Shown here: positions 1 through 9,943 of the stretch, in pieces | How positions within the stretch are numbered: the first letter of the stretch is position 1 | How the letters are laid out: every line of letters starts with the position of its first letter | NCBI GenBank assembly: GCA_963755125.1 | Contig: CAVWIP010000015.1 | Coordinates: 192,001 to 256,000 of the forward strand | Origin: an uncultured delta proteobacterium | GTDB taxonomy: Bacteria; Myxococcota_A; Polyangia; Fen-1088 | DNA: 64,000 bases | Reading direction: 5' to 3' | Notes under the pieces: generated by a model | The model's database searches: none | Told to the model about the DNA's origin: nothing | Seen by the model: only the letters and a program-made list of their open reading frames with translations | Translations under genes and position numbers: made by a program

Positions 1-1539
1 GAGGCCGTGCAAGGAACCTCGATTGATGTTGAGGAGGCCAGCCTTGACACCGTGCAAGGAGCCTCGATTGATGTTGAGCATGGCAGCCTGAAGACCGTGC
101 AAGTCGCCGTTCAAAATATTGGCAAAGGGCGCTACCTGAATGCCGCGCAGCCCGCCCAACGCCATGTTCATGCCCCAGGCGAGTTGCGCGCCCCGTGCCG
201 GGCCGTAACTGAGCTGGTAGAAGCCGCCCACCTGCGCGCCCACCATCTCGTACTGGGCGATGTTCCCCGCCAGGGAAAGTTGCAGACCGTGCAACGAATC
301 GGAATGGCCGACCAGCCCGAGCACGACGTGGTTGCGGACAGGCAGCTCCGATGGACCGGACAGGCGCACACCCGGCGCCAGCACCAGATCGAAGGCGACA
401 TCCTTGTAGATGCGGGGCGCAGGCAGGTTCGGCCCGAGCGGAGGCTGCGCGACGGGCACGAATTCATCGCCGCGCCGGGTGCTCAGCATGGGCGCCACCG
501 CGCTGAACTGGTTCTTGCCCAGCTCGATCCGGCCACCGTCGGCCAGCTCGGCCTTGGCCTCGAAGATGCGGCCGTCGCTGTCCATCACCACGCGGTACGC
601 GCCCGGCTCCAGCCCCAGCTCGACGGGATAGCTTGGTTCCTTGTGCAGTTCGACCAGCAGGTGGCCGCTGGCATCGCGCACGTAGATGCGACCGTAAAGC
701 TCGCGGCCCAGCACCAGGCGCGCATTCGAGCCGTGCAGATCGGTGATGACCAGATCGCCAGTGCCGGCGAGCTGGATGTCGTAGGCCGGGTGCTGCGCGC
801 CCGCGCGCGAGGTTTCAGTGCGCTGCAGGGTTTCGTTGTAGGCGAACTGGTAAGCCTCGTTGAGCGTCACGCGGCCGTCGCGGTTGCTGTCGGCAGCACC
901 GCGCATGCCGGATAGCAGATAGTGAGTGAAGAAGGCCGCGCCGATACGGTCGGATTCCTGCGCCGCCTCGTCGGCCGAGCTGGCGGTCAAAAAGGCGTGA
1001 CCGCGGGCCTGGGTCGAGGCGTCCGAGAGAAAGGCCTGGCGCCGCACGCCACCCTTCAGCCGGATGAGCGCGCCCGAGGCGCAGGAATCGAGCACGGCGA
1101 TGCGCACCTCGGCGCCGGTTCCGTCGATCCACTGGCGTAGCTCTCCATATCCGACCCGCTCGCCACCCAGCAGCAGGCCATCCTCATCCGAGTGGCCGGA
1201 GTAGTAGACGAACAGCTCGCGACGCACCTGCGGCCGACGCTCAGCCGCGATCTGGTTTTTCACTTGCTCGAAAGCCTCGCGCAGAGCACTTCGGCTCGCC
1301 TCGCGGATCAAGAGGACATCGCGAGCCTGCACGCCGCCGAGACTGGCGAGTACGTGCGCCAGTGATTCCGCGTCGGAGTTGGCAAAACGCAGCCGGGTGC
1401 GATCCGGGCCCCCGTTGTTCGACGATGCCACCAGGGCGAAGCGTCGCAGCGACGGGGCGTCGCCGGAATCGGCGGCAAGCGCCGGGCCGGCAAAGGCGAA
1501 CGCGAAAAGCAGGATAACGAAACCTACTCGGGAACTCAT
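1..1539 (-). CDS. Exported caspase-family (peptidase C14) protein with C-terminal ~15-aa surface repeats (LA_2272-like); runs off window start
   Basis: Manual translation from ATG 1539: MSSRVGFVILLFAFAFAGPALAA (signal peptide), RRFALV..N..G, FVYYSGHS and VLDSCASG (His/Cys dyad). In-frame repeats NINRGSLHGVKAGLL at 1-120. Absent from the ORF track because there is no stop in the window. Confidence 0.85.
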   Translation of the reverse strand, partial: MSSRVGFVILLFAFAFAGPALAADSGDAPSLRRFALVASSNNGGPDRTRLRFANSDAESLAHVLASLGGVQARDVLLIREASRSALREAFEQVKNQIAAERRPQVRRELFVYYSGHSDEDGLLLGGERVGYGELRQWIDGTGAEVRIAVLDSCASGALIRLKGGVRRQAFLSDASTQARGHAFLTASSADEAAQESDRIGAAFFTHYLLSGMRGAADSNRDGRVTLNEAYQFAYNETLQRTETSRAGAQHPAYDIQLAGTGDLVITDLHGSNARLVLGRELYGRIYVRDASGHLLVELHKEPSYPVELGLEPGAYRVVMDSDGRIFEAKAELADGGRIELGKNQFSAVAPMLSTRRGDEFVPVAQPPLGPNLPAPRIYKDVAFDLVLAPGVRLSGPSELPVRNHVVLGLVGHSDSLHGLQLSLAGNIAQYEMVGAQVGGFYQLSYGPARGAQLAWGMNMALGGLRGIQVAPFANILNGDLHGLQAAMLNINRGSLHGVKAGLLNINRGSLHGL

Positions 1540-2297
1540 GGTGTTTCCTTTTCGAGGGTGATGGACCAGGTCGCAAAGGAATGGGGCAAGGCCGGGCCTT
1601 GCTTGAGGCTGCGCACCACCAGTTCCGTGTCAAAGGGTGCGTCTGCAGTTACGAACACGAAGCGCTCGAAGCCAGGCGAGCTGTCGAGCTCATAGGCGTG
1701 GGCCAGCGCCCGCTCGCCATCCTTGGCCAGGGCGACCGCCTGGCCGGGCGTTTCGGGCAGGTGCAGCGTGACTGCGCCACGAGCGTCGCAGGACGCGACC
1801 ACGCCGTAGCGCTTGCCCGCGGCGATGTAGCGCACCTGCACGATATCGCCGGGGTGCAGGCGCGCCGTCGGGCCCAGCCGTTCGACTCCCGCCGTGGTCT
1901 TGCGGTAGAGCCCGAGGGAAGGCTGCAATCCCTTGCTGGTGATGGTTTCCTGCGCTGGCTGCCCACGCGACAGACCTGAACTTAGCGGTCCCCCGGGCGC
2001 ACGAACAAGGAGCAGGGCGATGGCGGTTGCACCGGCCGTGAGGAACGAAAGCGCCCAGACCGGCCGCCAGATGGTGAAGTTGCGACCTGCTCGCCGTCGT
2101 ACCTCGGCCGTCACCTGGTCCGCAGGATGCGCGGCCAGGATCTCCCTGTTCGACGCCGCCAGCGCATCCAGACGATCCTGTTCACCGGTGGCAACAAGGC
2201 GTTCCCGCAAGGCGCGAGCCTGCGCGGCGGGCAGTTCGCCAGCGGCCAGCCGTTCAAGCAACCAGTCAGGAACCCGTTCACTCGGTGTAGCCATCAT
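1536..2297 (-). CDS. Putative membrane anti-sigma factor (myxobacterial ActD-like; C-terminal DUF4384-like domain)
   Basis: Short N-terminal helical domain (VPDWLLERLAAGEL), one TM helix, extracytoplasmic domain. Overlaps both neighbours (ATGA coupling). Confidence 0.7.
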   Translation of the reverse strand: MMATPSERVPDWLLERLAAGELPAAQARALRERLVATGEQDRLDALAASNREILAAHPADQVTAEVRRRAGRNFTIWRPVWALSFLTAGATAIALLLVRAPGGPLSSGLSRGQPAQETITSKGLQPSLGLYRKTTAGVERLGPTARLHPGDIVQVRYIAAGKRYGVVASCDARGAVTLHLPETPGQAVALAKDGERALAHAYELDSSPGFERFVFVTADAPFDTELVVRSLKQGPALPHSFATWSITLEKETP

Positions 2298-2779
2298 ACG
2301 TCTCCTTGTGCAACTGGCAGGCGTTGCTTCAGCGTGCGCAGCCGCTTGCGGACTCCCGACACCGACATGCCCACCTCGGCAGCCACTTCCTCTAGGGTCA
2401 GCCGGTCCACGTAGAGCAGCACCGCGATGAGACGCGTGGAGGCCGGCTCGCCGCCGAAGATGCGGTCCAGCGCCCGGCGTGCCAGAGACAGGTTTTCCGC
2501 GTCATGGCCCAGCGATGCGATGCGCGCCAACAGGTCGTCGTTCGCGTCCTCTGGTCTGCGGCGTTCGCTGCGCAGACGGTTGAGGCACACGTGGGTCGCG
2601 GTGGTCAGGAGCAGGCCAGCCGGCGCTCGCGCGTCCAGGCGGTTCTCCCGTCGCAACAATTCAACGAAGACATCGTGCATGGCATCCACGGCCTTGCTCT
2701 CGTCCCGTAGCAGGGTGCGACACCGACGCAAAACCATAGGTCCATGTGTCCGATAGAGGCTGTCGATGTCCACCGCCAT
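2294..2779 (-). CDS. ECF RNA polymerase sigma factor
   Basis: Region 2 (LYRTHGPMVLRRCRTLL..AVDAMHDVF) and region 4 (LTLEEVAAEVGMSVSGVRKRL); 161 aa. Confidence 0.92.
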   Translation of the reverse strand: MAVDIDSLYRTHGPMVLRRCRTLLRDESKAVDAMHDVFVELLRRENRLDARAPAGLLLTTATHVCLNRLRSERRRPEDANDDLLARIASLGHDAENLSLARRALDRIFGGEPASTRLIAVLLYVDRLTLEEVAAEVGMSVSGVRKRLRTLKQRLPVAQGDV

Positions 2780-3136
2780 GCGGGCTTTCTATTACGAGAA
2801 CACCGGTCGGTTGGGAAAGTGTCACTTCGGGGCGGCCGTCAATTACACTAGATTTTCCGTCCCAAGTCAGCGGGGTGTTGTTAGACCGAAGGTCAACGCA
2901 AGCCCGTTGACCTGTCGGCCGCCTCAACGAGGTGTGTGCAAATGCCGAATAGCAGAATTTCAAGCCGAATTTCTTGCTGCACGATCAGGAGAGATCTCGT
3001 CTTTCTGAGCGCGGTGGCGACGCTCGCCGCGTGCAAGACCGCTGACGTCAGCCAGATGCCCCAGGGAGGGCGACCATCAATGGAGGACACAGTAGGGAAG
3101 CTGGCTTTTGCCCAGCGACGAAAGGCGGTTTCAGCG

Positions 3137-3190
3137 GTGCCGGAGAAGGGAGTCGAACCCTTAAGCCTGTTAGGACGGCGGATTTTGAGT
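3137..3190 (-). repeat. att site: displaced 3' half of tRNA-Leu(CAA)
   Basis: 52/54 identical to 13407-13460; identity ends at the anticodon loop. Confidence 0.95.
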
Positions 3191-3284
3191 TGAAATCCGG
3201 GGGTAGCACGGGGATGCACCGGGAGGCTTCTCCGACGGTGAGCGCGGCACCGGAGGATCGGCGATCCCATCGAAATGAACCCCG

Positions 3285-3307
3285 CTAGGACCTAGATAGG
3301 ACCTACC
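3285..3307 (+). repeat. Putative integrase arm-type sites CTAGGACCTA-NN-TAGGACCTACC (left)
   Basis: The same tandem motif recurs at 13321-13343, just inside the other att. Confidence 0.7.
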
Positions 3308-3471
3308 CGATCCGGCCCTGCGAGCACGGGCGGGATGGTGCTGCGCACCCGCGGCCAGGCTGAAACCGCGCGCGTGGCTGCGTGGCTTCACGTCTGGCGC
3401 GCATTCCCCTTCGGTGTGGACATCTTACTCTCGCTGGCCGCCGAAGTCGCGCGGTGAAGCCACCGGCGTTG

Positions 3472-3696
3472 CTACGGAACGGATCGGGGCAGGATCTCCC
3501 GCGGCTGCACCTTGAACGCCTTGGCCAGTTTCCACACAGTGCGAAGGGTGACAGAGCGGCCCGCTTCGATGCGCTGGTAGTGCCGGAGGCTGAAGCCAAG
3601 GTCCATCATGTCTTCTTGCGTGAGACTGCGGGCCTCTCGGAGCGTGCGAACGCGCCGCCCGAACGCACGGCAGAAGCCTGGAAAGTCTGTCGCCAC
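3472..3696 (-). CDS. XRE-family HTH regulator
   Basis: FGRRVRTLREARSLTQEDM..HYQRIEAGRSVTLRTVWKLA. Confidence 0.85.
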   Translation of the reverse strand: MATDFPGFCRAFGRRVRTLREARSLTQEDMMDLGFSLRHYQRIEAGRSVTLRTVWKLAKAFKVQPREILPRSVP

Positions 3697-3801
3697 CGGG
3701 GGGTGACGCTAGGAGCAGGTGGCCATCCTGACCACGGCTCAAAATGTCGTAAGAGATTGCAGGGGTTGCGGCAAATCCCTCACGGGGCGACAATGGGCGG
3801 C

Positions 3802-4644
3802 ATGGTAGCCAGGCTGGGCCTCATGCTCTTGTGTCTTGCCCTTTCGCTGGCGTTCCCCCATCTCGCGCACGCCGACGACAAGGCGACCGCGCGGGCACAC
3901 TACGCGACTGCCACGCGCCTCTACGACGTAGGCGAGTACGAGAAAGCGCTGGCCGAGTACAAGGCCGCCTACGTCGCCAAGGATGATCCGGCGTTCCTCT
4001 TCAACATCGGTCAGTGTTATCGGCAACTCGGCCAAGAGGCGGAGGCGCTCAACTTTTTTCGGCGCTACCTGAAGAAGGCGCCACCCGACGACCCGAACCG
4101 CGCCCAGGTCGAGGCTCGCTACCGGGACACGGCGGCAGCCGCAGAATTCAAGGAGGACTTGGAGCGAGCCTCGGAACGGAAGGAGGCCGCCACTCCACCA
4201 TCGGAACACCCTCCGATTGTGCCGACGCCTGCGCCGCCGGTTGTCGAGCCTCCGCCGCCACCGGCGCCACCACTGCCCGTGCCCACCCCGGTCGTGGTCA
4301 GGCAGCCTGCGCCGGTCATCCCTGCCCCGGTGGCGAGCGACCCGGGCCGCAGCCTCCGCGTCGGCGGTATCGTCACCGGTGCGGCCGGCGTGGCGTCTAT
4401 CGCGACCGCCATCTATTTCTACGCCCGCGCGAGGCACTATTCGGACATCGTATCCAATGACCGAAACCACACGGCGACCGACGAACAGTCGGGCCGGAAC
4501 GCCGAGACCTACCAGTGGGTCTTCTACAGCGTCGGGGCTGCGGCGCTCACGACCGGCGCCGTGCTGTACTGGCTCGGCTGGCCATCCGTCAGACCAGTGG
4601 TCGGGCCGGGCGTCGCAGGCATCTCAGCCAGAGGGACGTTCTGA
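3802..4644 (+). CDS. Exported TPR protein with Pro-rich linker and C-terminal membrane-associated segment
   Basis: Signal peptide MVARLGLMLLCLALSLAFPHLAHA, TPR (AFLFNIGQCYRQLG), Pro-rich stretch, C-terminus GISARGTF. Start moved from the 3382 ORF. Confidence 0.8.
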   Translation: MVARLGLMLLCLALSLAFPHLAHADDKATARAHYATATRLYDVGEYEKALAEYKAAYVAKDDPAFLFNIGQCYRQLGQEAEALNFFRRYLKKAPPDDPNRAQVEARYRDTAAAAEFKEDLERASERKEAATPPSEHPPIVPTPAPPVVEPPPPPAPPLPVPTPVVVRQPAPVIPAPVASDPGRSLRVGGIVTGAAGVASIATAIYFYARARHYSDIVSNDRNHTATDEQSGRNAETYQWVFYSVGAAALTTGAVLYWLGWPSVRPVVGPGVAGISARGTF

Positions 4645-6803
4645 TGCGAACCCACGCCATCGTTGGTCTTCTCGTCGTCGCGGGCTGCGGGTACAACCCA
4701 CACCAGAACTACTCTGACCTGCCGGACGTCGGCGCGCAGGCAGGCCCAGATGCGGCTCAGGCTTCCCCGGACACGCGGAAACCGGTGGACGCTGGGGGCG
4801 CAGGCGGCCGCGATGGCGCCGCCACCAGCCCACGCGATGCTGCAGCCATTGCAGGCGGTAGCGGCGGCTCCGCGGGAACAGCCAGTTCCGGCGGTACCAG
4901 CGGGATCGCTGGCGCTGGTGGAATAGCTGGGGGCGGAGGTACGGGGGGGATTGCGAGCGGAACCGGCGCCCGTGCGGTGGATGGAGGTGGCAGCGTAGGG
5001 GGCATAGCTGGTGGCGCTGGCACAGTGGGAGGCAGCGGAGGGGCCGGCCCCAGCGGTGGCTCGGGCGTTAGTACCGGCGGGAGCATCGCCAGCTCCTCAG
5101 TGGCCCCGTCATGCACTCCGGACACGACCAACCTAGTGACTGGACAGACGTGGATCTGTGACTCGGACCCCAGTTTGAACCCCAACATCGAGATCCAGGG
5201 ATCGTTCTATCCCTACGGCGACGGGTCGTCGTGTGTCACGGCGAACCCATTTTGCTCACCCACGGCCGGATGCTGCATCAGCGGCACCACGGTCGTCGAC
5301 CCGACCTTAGCGAAATGGGGCTGTGGCATTGGCATGGAACTGAACGACACGGGCGGAACTGCGCCCGTCAAGAGCGTCTACAGTGGCCCTGTAACGTGCT
5401 TCAACATCACCTTAACCGGGAACAGCGGGGGCAATGAGGTGCGCATCGGTTTTACCCAAAGCACGGCCACGGCGGGGAAGGTTTCGCCGTACACCTCGGT
5501 GGCCGCATTCACCAATGGATGGACCGGACGGGTGTGTTTCAACAGTTCCGAGTGTCCTTATTGGGCGACCGCGGCCGAGTGCACGAAGGCCGTTGGCACT
5601 GAAGGCACACCGTACGACTTGCAGATCCAGGTTAACGCCGGCAGCACTGCAACCTCTGTTGGTACCTTCAACGTGTGCGTGACCGACATCGCACCGGTGA
5701 TCGCAGCCCCGCCTGCTAACGACGCTTCCGCGGACGCGAAGCTTGCTGCCGACGCTCCACCCGATGTGCCGTCGGCCGACGCACACCCGGATGTGGCGCT
5801 GCTGCAAGGAGTTTTCGTACCGACGGGCAGCATGACCGTGGCAAGGGAGTCCCACACGGCGACGTTGTTGGCGAGCGGAAAGGTGCTCATCGCTGGCGGC
5901 GAGGGTGTCAGCGGCGGGTCTCTCACGAGCGCGGAGTTATACGACCCGGTGGCTGGGACTTTCAGAGCTACCGGCAGCATGACCGTAGGAAGGCAGGAAT
6001 TCACGGCGACGTTGTTGGCGAGCGGGATGGTGCTCGTCGTCGGCGGATTTGGAGAAAGCGGGGAACTCGCGAGCGCGGAACTATATGACCCCAATACTGG
6101 CGCATTCACGACCACCGGCAGCATGACGATGGGAAGGCGCTTTCACACGGGGACCTTGTTGGAGAACGGAATGGTGCTCGTCGCCGGAGGATACGACGAT
6201 ACCGGGGACCTCGCGAGTGCGGAGTTATACGACCCAGTGGCTGGGACTTTCACAGCTACCGGCAGCATGACCGTGGCACGGGAAGAGCACACGGCGACGT
6301 TGTTGGCGAGCGGGATGGTGCTCGTCGTCGGCGGGTGGAGCTACCTCGACGAGACCGCGAGCGCAGAGCTTTACGACCCGGCGGCCGGAACATTCACCGC
6401 CACCGGCAGCATGTCAGTGGCGAGGGGAGGCACGGCGACTTTGCTTCCGAACGGGATGGTGCTCGTCGCCGGTGGAAGCGGCGACACAAGCGCAGAGCTT
6501 TACGACTCGGCGGCCGGAACATTCACCGCCACCGGCAGCATGACCATAGCGAGGAGCGGACAGACGGCGACGTTGTTGCCGAGCGGAAAGGTGCTCACCG
6601 CTGGCGGAGTCCTCGATTACAGCGGGAATACCCTCGCGAGCGCGGAACTATATGACCCAGCGGCCGGAATATTCACCGCCACCGGCAGCATGAACGCGGT
6701 GAGGGCCGGTCACACGGCGACGTTGTTGGCGAGCGGAAAGGTGCTCATCGCTGGCGGATTCGGTAGCGGAATCTTTCTCGTGAGCGCTGAACTATACGAG
6801 TAG
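4644..6803 (+). CDS. Lipoprotein with Gly-rich linker, Cys-containing domain and C-terminal Kelch beta-propeller
   Basis: Lipobox VAGC; TGATG coupling to the TPR gene; ~7 repeats of TGSM..AR..HTATLL..GKVL..GG..SAELYDP. Confidence 0.88.
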   Translation: MRTHAIVGLLVVAGCGYNPHQNYSDLPDVGAQAGPDAAQASPDTRKPVDAGGAGGRDGAATSPRDAAAIAGGSGGSAGTASSGGTSGIAGAGGIAGGGGTGGIASGTGARAVDGGGSVGGIAGGAGTVGGSGGAGPSGGSGVSTGGSIASSSVAPSCTPDTTNLVTGQTWICDSDPSLNPNIEIQGSFYPYGDGSSCVTANPFCSPTAGCCISGTTVVDPTLAKWGCGIGMELNDTGGTAPVKSVYSGPVTCFNITLTGNSGGNEVRIGFTQSTATAGKVSPYTSVAAFTNGWTGRVCFNSSECPYWATAAECTKAVGTEGTPYDLQIQVNAGSTATSVGTFNVCVTDIAPVIAAPPANDASADAKLAADAPPDVPSADAHPDVALLQGVFVPTGSMTVARESHTATLLASGKVLIAGGEGVSGGSLTSAELYDPVAGTFRATGSMTVGRQEFTATLLASGMVLVVGGFGESGELASAELYDPNTGAFTTTGSMTMGRRFHTGTLLENGMVLVAGGYDDTGDLASAELYDPVAGTFTATGSMTVAREEHTATLLASGMVLVVGGWSYLDETASAELYDPAAGTFTATGSMSVARGGTATLLPNGMVLVAGGSGDTSAELYDSAAGTFTATGSMTIARSGQTATLLPSGKVLTAGGVLDYSGNTLASAELYDPAAGIFTATGSMNAVRAGHTATLLASGKVLIAGGFGSGIFLVSAELYE

Positions 6804-6941
6804 CCCCGACCGAAGGCGGCCATCCAAAGAGCCACAGTGGAAGCGCGCCAAGCCAGCCGAAGCACTGCTGCGGCGCCGATGCTGGGGTACACTTAGCCAT
6901 CCCAGGCAACCCGGCGGCCGATCCCCGCCGGGTGGGGCCGC

Positions 6942-7580
6942 GTGGCACCTTCGGCGGCCCCGGCCTGGCGCCTTTTCCTCGCAAGGTGCGGAAAAGGTGC
7001 AAACGTGGCCGCGAAAGAACCGAGCGCCAAGTTCAGGCGAGCATTGGAGGCGGAGGCGGCGCAGGCCCCGCCCCGTCTCTTGCCCGTCGCAGCCATGCGG
7101 CCTCGGCCAAGGGGCGGGCATGCGCACGATCTTCTTGAGACGTTGTTGAACGCGTTTGGCCGAAACACCACGGGAGGCGGTAGCCCTCCGCCGAGTGAGC
7201 GCACGGCCAGGCGCGCGGTCTTTCCGGCGGAAGCAGATCCCAGCGCGCGTCTGGCCCGGTGGACCCGCGAGATACACGAAGCCGCACCGATCTTGCAAGA
7301 GCTTGTCGCCAGGGTAGCGAAGTTGCAGCGCTCGCCGTTGCCTCGGCCACGCGACTACGCGCGGGAGTGGGCGAGCATCATCGAAGTCTGGAACCGGGAA
7401 ATCTACGAGCGCGAGTGGCTGGACCTGCCACCGCTCTGCGAGTCCTGCGGCCGGCCGGTTTTCCGGCGGCCGTCAGAGCGGATGGCGTCCCGAAACTACG
7501 ACCTCAGCACCGTTTGTTCAGAACCCTGCCGCCTCAGACGAAAATCTCGGCGCTCGGCGGCGAAGCATCGGCAGAAGTAG
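6942..7580 (+). CDS. Hypothetical protein with C-terminal putative zinc finger (start uncertain)
   Basis: CESCG...VCSEPCR motif; lies just upstream of xis. Confidence 0.5.
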   Translation: MAPSAAPAWRLFLARCGKGANVAAKEPSAKFRRALEAEAAQAPPRLLPVAAMRPRPRGGHAHDLLETLLNAFGRNTTGGGSPPPSERTARRAVFPAEADPSARLARWTREIHEAAPILQELVARVAKLQRSPLPRPRDYAREWASIIEVWNREIYEREWLDLPPLCESCGRPVFRRPSERMASRNYDLSTVCSEPCRLRRKSRRSAAKHRQK

Positions 7581-7646
7581 CGCAGTGCTAGCCAGTCTAC
7601 CAGTAGACCGGTGACGGGCGGCACGGGGGCGCGCACGCTCCAACGC

Positions 7647-7868
7647 ATGCACTGCCCATCCCCGCCCGATCAGCCATTGCTATTGTCAGTCACGGCCGCG
7701 GCCCCCATGCTAGCAGTGAGCACGCGCTACTTGCGCGTGCTCATCTCTAGTGGGGCGTTGCCCGTCGTGCGACTGGGACGCCGCACGCTCGTCCGGCGGG
7801 CGGACCTACTCGCCATCGTCTCGTCCGGCGGGCTGGCCGCCGTCGGGCGCCCGCCGGAGACGGCGTGA
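7647..7868 (+). CDS. Excisionase-like HTH (HTH_17-type) DNA-binding protein
   Basis: LLSVTAAAPMLAVSTRYLRVLISSGALPVVRLGRRTLVRRADL; GTGA overlap with the primase gene. Confidence 0.8.
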   Translation: MHCPSPPDQPLLLSVTAAAPMLAVSTRYLRVLISSGALPVVRLGRRTLVRRADLLAIVSSGGLAAVGRPPETA

Positions 7869-9871
7869 CCGCCGACGCCTGCCCGCCGCCCATGCTGGCT
7901 GCGGCGCTGGCATACGCGGCCCGCGGGTGGCCTGTGCTACCGCTGCACTCGGTGGTCGCGGGAAAATGCGACTGTGGCGACCGGGCCTGTCGGCCCGCGG
8001 GAAAACATCCTTGGAGTACGCACGGCCTATGCGACGCCACGGCGGCCCCGGCCGTCATCCGCGGCTGGTGGGCACAACGGCCCAACGCCAACGTCGCAAT
8101 CGCCACCGGCAAAGTGAGCGGACTGGTCGTGCTCGACATCGATCTACGTCACAACGGTGACGAAAGTTTGCACGCGCTCGTCGCCGCGCACGGCCCGATG
8201 CCCGACACGCCAATGGTGCTTACGGGTGGCGGCGGCCAGCATTTCTACTTTGCGCACCCCGGCGGGTCCATCAAATCACGGGCCGGTCTGTGGCCGGGCA
8301 TCGACGTGCGAGCTGACGGCGGGTACATCATCGTGCCTCCGTCGGTTCACGCCAGTGGGAGGCTGTATCAGTGGGAACCCGGCAGCGGACTCACCGACGT
8401 GGATCTCGCACCCGTTCCCGACTGGCTGCGCGCAAAGCTGGCCGAACCGCCACAGGCGCGACGACAGACCGCCGACACGGGCGGGCCGATCCATGCGGGC
8501 CAAAGGAATTCGACGCTAATAAGTCTCGCTGGGAGTATGCGGAAGCGCGGGATGTCTGCTGAAGAAATGTTGCCGTCGCTGCTCGCAGTGAGCGCGGGCC
8601 GCTGCACACCGCCGCTCGACGAAGACGAGGTGCAGAAGATTGCACAGTCTGCGGCTCGCTACGAGCCGTGGGCCGCGACCGCAGGCGGCGCCGCCGCCGT
8701 CGTCGTCACGGTGGCCGACGTAAAGGCCGAGCGCGTGCGGTATCTCTGGTCTGGCCGGGTGCCACTCGCGAAGCTGACACTGTTTGTGGGCGATCCAGGC
8801 ATTGGGAAATCTACCGTTGCGGTGGATCTCGCTGCGCGCGTGTCGGTCGGCACTGAGATGCCACATGCCGACGGCGAGGCCGCCGCCGTCAATGCACCCG
8901 CTGCGGTGGTACTGCTGACGGCCGAGGATGGCCTGGCCGACACGGTCCGCCCTCGCTTGGAGGCGGCTGGCGCGGATCTGCGAATGGTCCATGTGATCAA
9001 GTCGGTGCGTCTCACTGGCGGCCAAGAGGCCGCGCCGTCGTTGCCGAGGGACAGCGAACAGATCGAAAAGATTGTGGCGGAGAAGGCGGCGAAACTGCTG
9101 GTCATCGATCCGTTGATGGCGTTCCTGGGGTCGAAGATCGATAGCTGGAAAGATCAAAGCGTTCGTGCTGCGCTCGCACCGCTGGCCGCCCTGGCCGAGC
9201 GCACGGGGGCGGCCGTCGTGGCCATCGCGCATCTTAATAAGAAGATCGGCGCGTCGGCACTTCAGCGATCTGGTGGCTCAATCGGTCTTGTTGCTGCTGC
9301 CAGGTCCGTCTTGCTCTTTGGCCACGACCCAAACGACTCAGCGGGGGGGCGGCGGGTTGTGGCACCGGCAAAAGGGAACCTTTCCAGGTTTGCCTGCTCC
9401 CTGGCCTACACCATCGAGGAGGCCCCCCCATCGGGCGCTGGGCGAATTCGATGGCAGGGACGCAGCCAGCACACCGCTGACGGGCTACTGGCCCCACGAC
9501 TGCAGGAGCACTCGGTTCTGGCCGCCGCCATGGACGCTCTGCGTGTCCTGCTGGCCTCCGGGGAGATGCCGGCCAAGCAGGCCATGGGGGCCATGCAGAA
9601 GTGCGGCTTCGCCGAGTCCGCAATCAAAAGGGCCAAGAAGGCGCTACGAGTCGGGGAGCGCAAGGACGGCCACGGGCCGTGGTACTGGTCCCTACAAGAT
9701 GATCCCCTTGACCCCCTTGCTCACCAGGGGGGGCAAGAACCCCCAGAAAACACGGAAGAAGACCAAGGGGACCAAGATTCTCATATGGGGCAGACTCCCC
9801 TGGCCGCGTTCGACTACGTGCCCTTGCCGGCAGAATGCTACCGCGCGCAGTCCTTCGGGCGGCAAACATGA
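7865..9871 (+). CDS. Bifunctional primase/polymerase + PriCT + AAA (RepA/AAA_25-like) helicase
   Basis: AALAYAARGWPVLPL..C.C....C..GKHP, NVAIATG..LVVLDID, GIDVRADGGYII.PPS; G.RNSTL; Walker A GDPGIGKS, Walker B LLVID. Confidence 0.92.
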   Translation: MTADACPPPMLAAALAYAARGWPVLPLHSVVAGKCDCGDRACRPAGKHPWSTHGLCDATAAPAVIRGWWAQRPNANVAIATGKVSGLVVLDIDLRHNGDESLHALVAAHGPMPDTPMVLTGGGGQHFYFAHPGGSIKSRAGLWPGIDVRADGGYIIVPPSVHASGRLYQWEPGSGLTDVDLAPVPDWLRAKLAEPPQARRQTADTGGPIHAGQRNSTLISLAGSMRKRGMSAEEMLPSLLAVSAGRCTPPLDEDEVQKIAQSAARYEPWAATAGGAAAVVVTVADVKAERVRYLWSGRVPLAKLTLFVGDPGIGKSTVAVDLAARVSVGTEMPHADGEAAAVNAPAAVVLLTAEDGLADTVRPRLEAAGADLRMVHVIKSVRLTGGQEAAPSLPRDSEQIEKIVAEKAAKLLVIDPLMAFLGSKIDSWKDQSVRAALAPLAALAERTGAAVVAIAHLNKKIGASALQRSGGSIGLVAAARSVLLFGHDPNDSAGGRRVVAPAKGNLSRFACSLAYTIEEAPPSGAGRIRWQGRSQHTADGLLAPRLQEHSVLAAAMDALRVLLASGEMPAKQAMGAMQKCGFAESAIKRAKKALRVGERKDGHGPWYWSLQDDPLDPLAHQGGQEPPENTEEDQGDQDSHMGQTPLAAFDYVPLPAECYRAQSFGRQT

Positions 9872-9943
9872 CCACCCCTGGCCGCGAGCGTTCGCCGCAA
9901 AACTGCACTTCGTTCGCAGCGCTCGCTTTTGCAGAGGTGCTGC

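Noticed and set aside
7..915. 302-aa plus-strand ORF
   Set aside because: Antisense shadow of the caspase gene.
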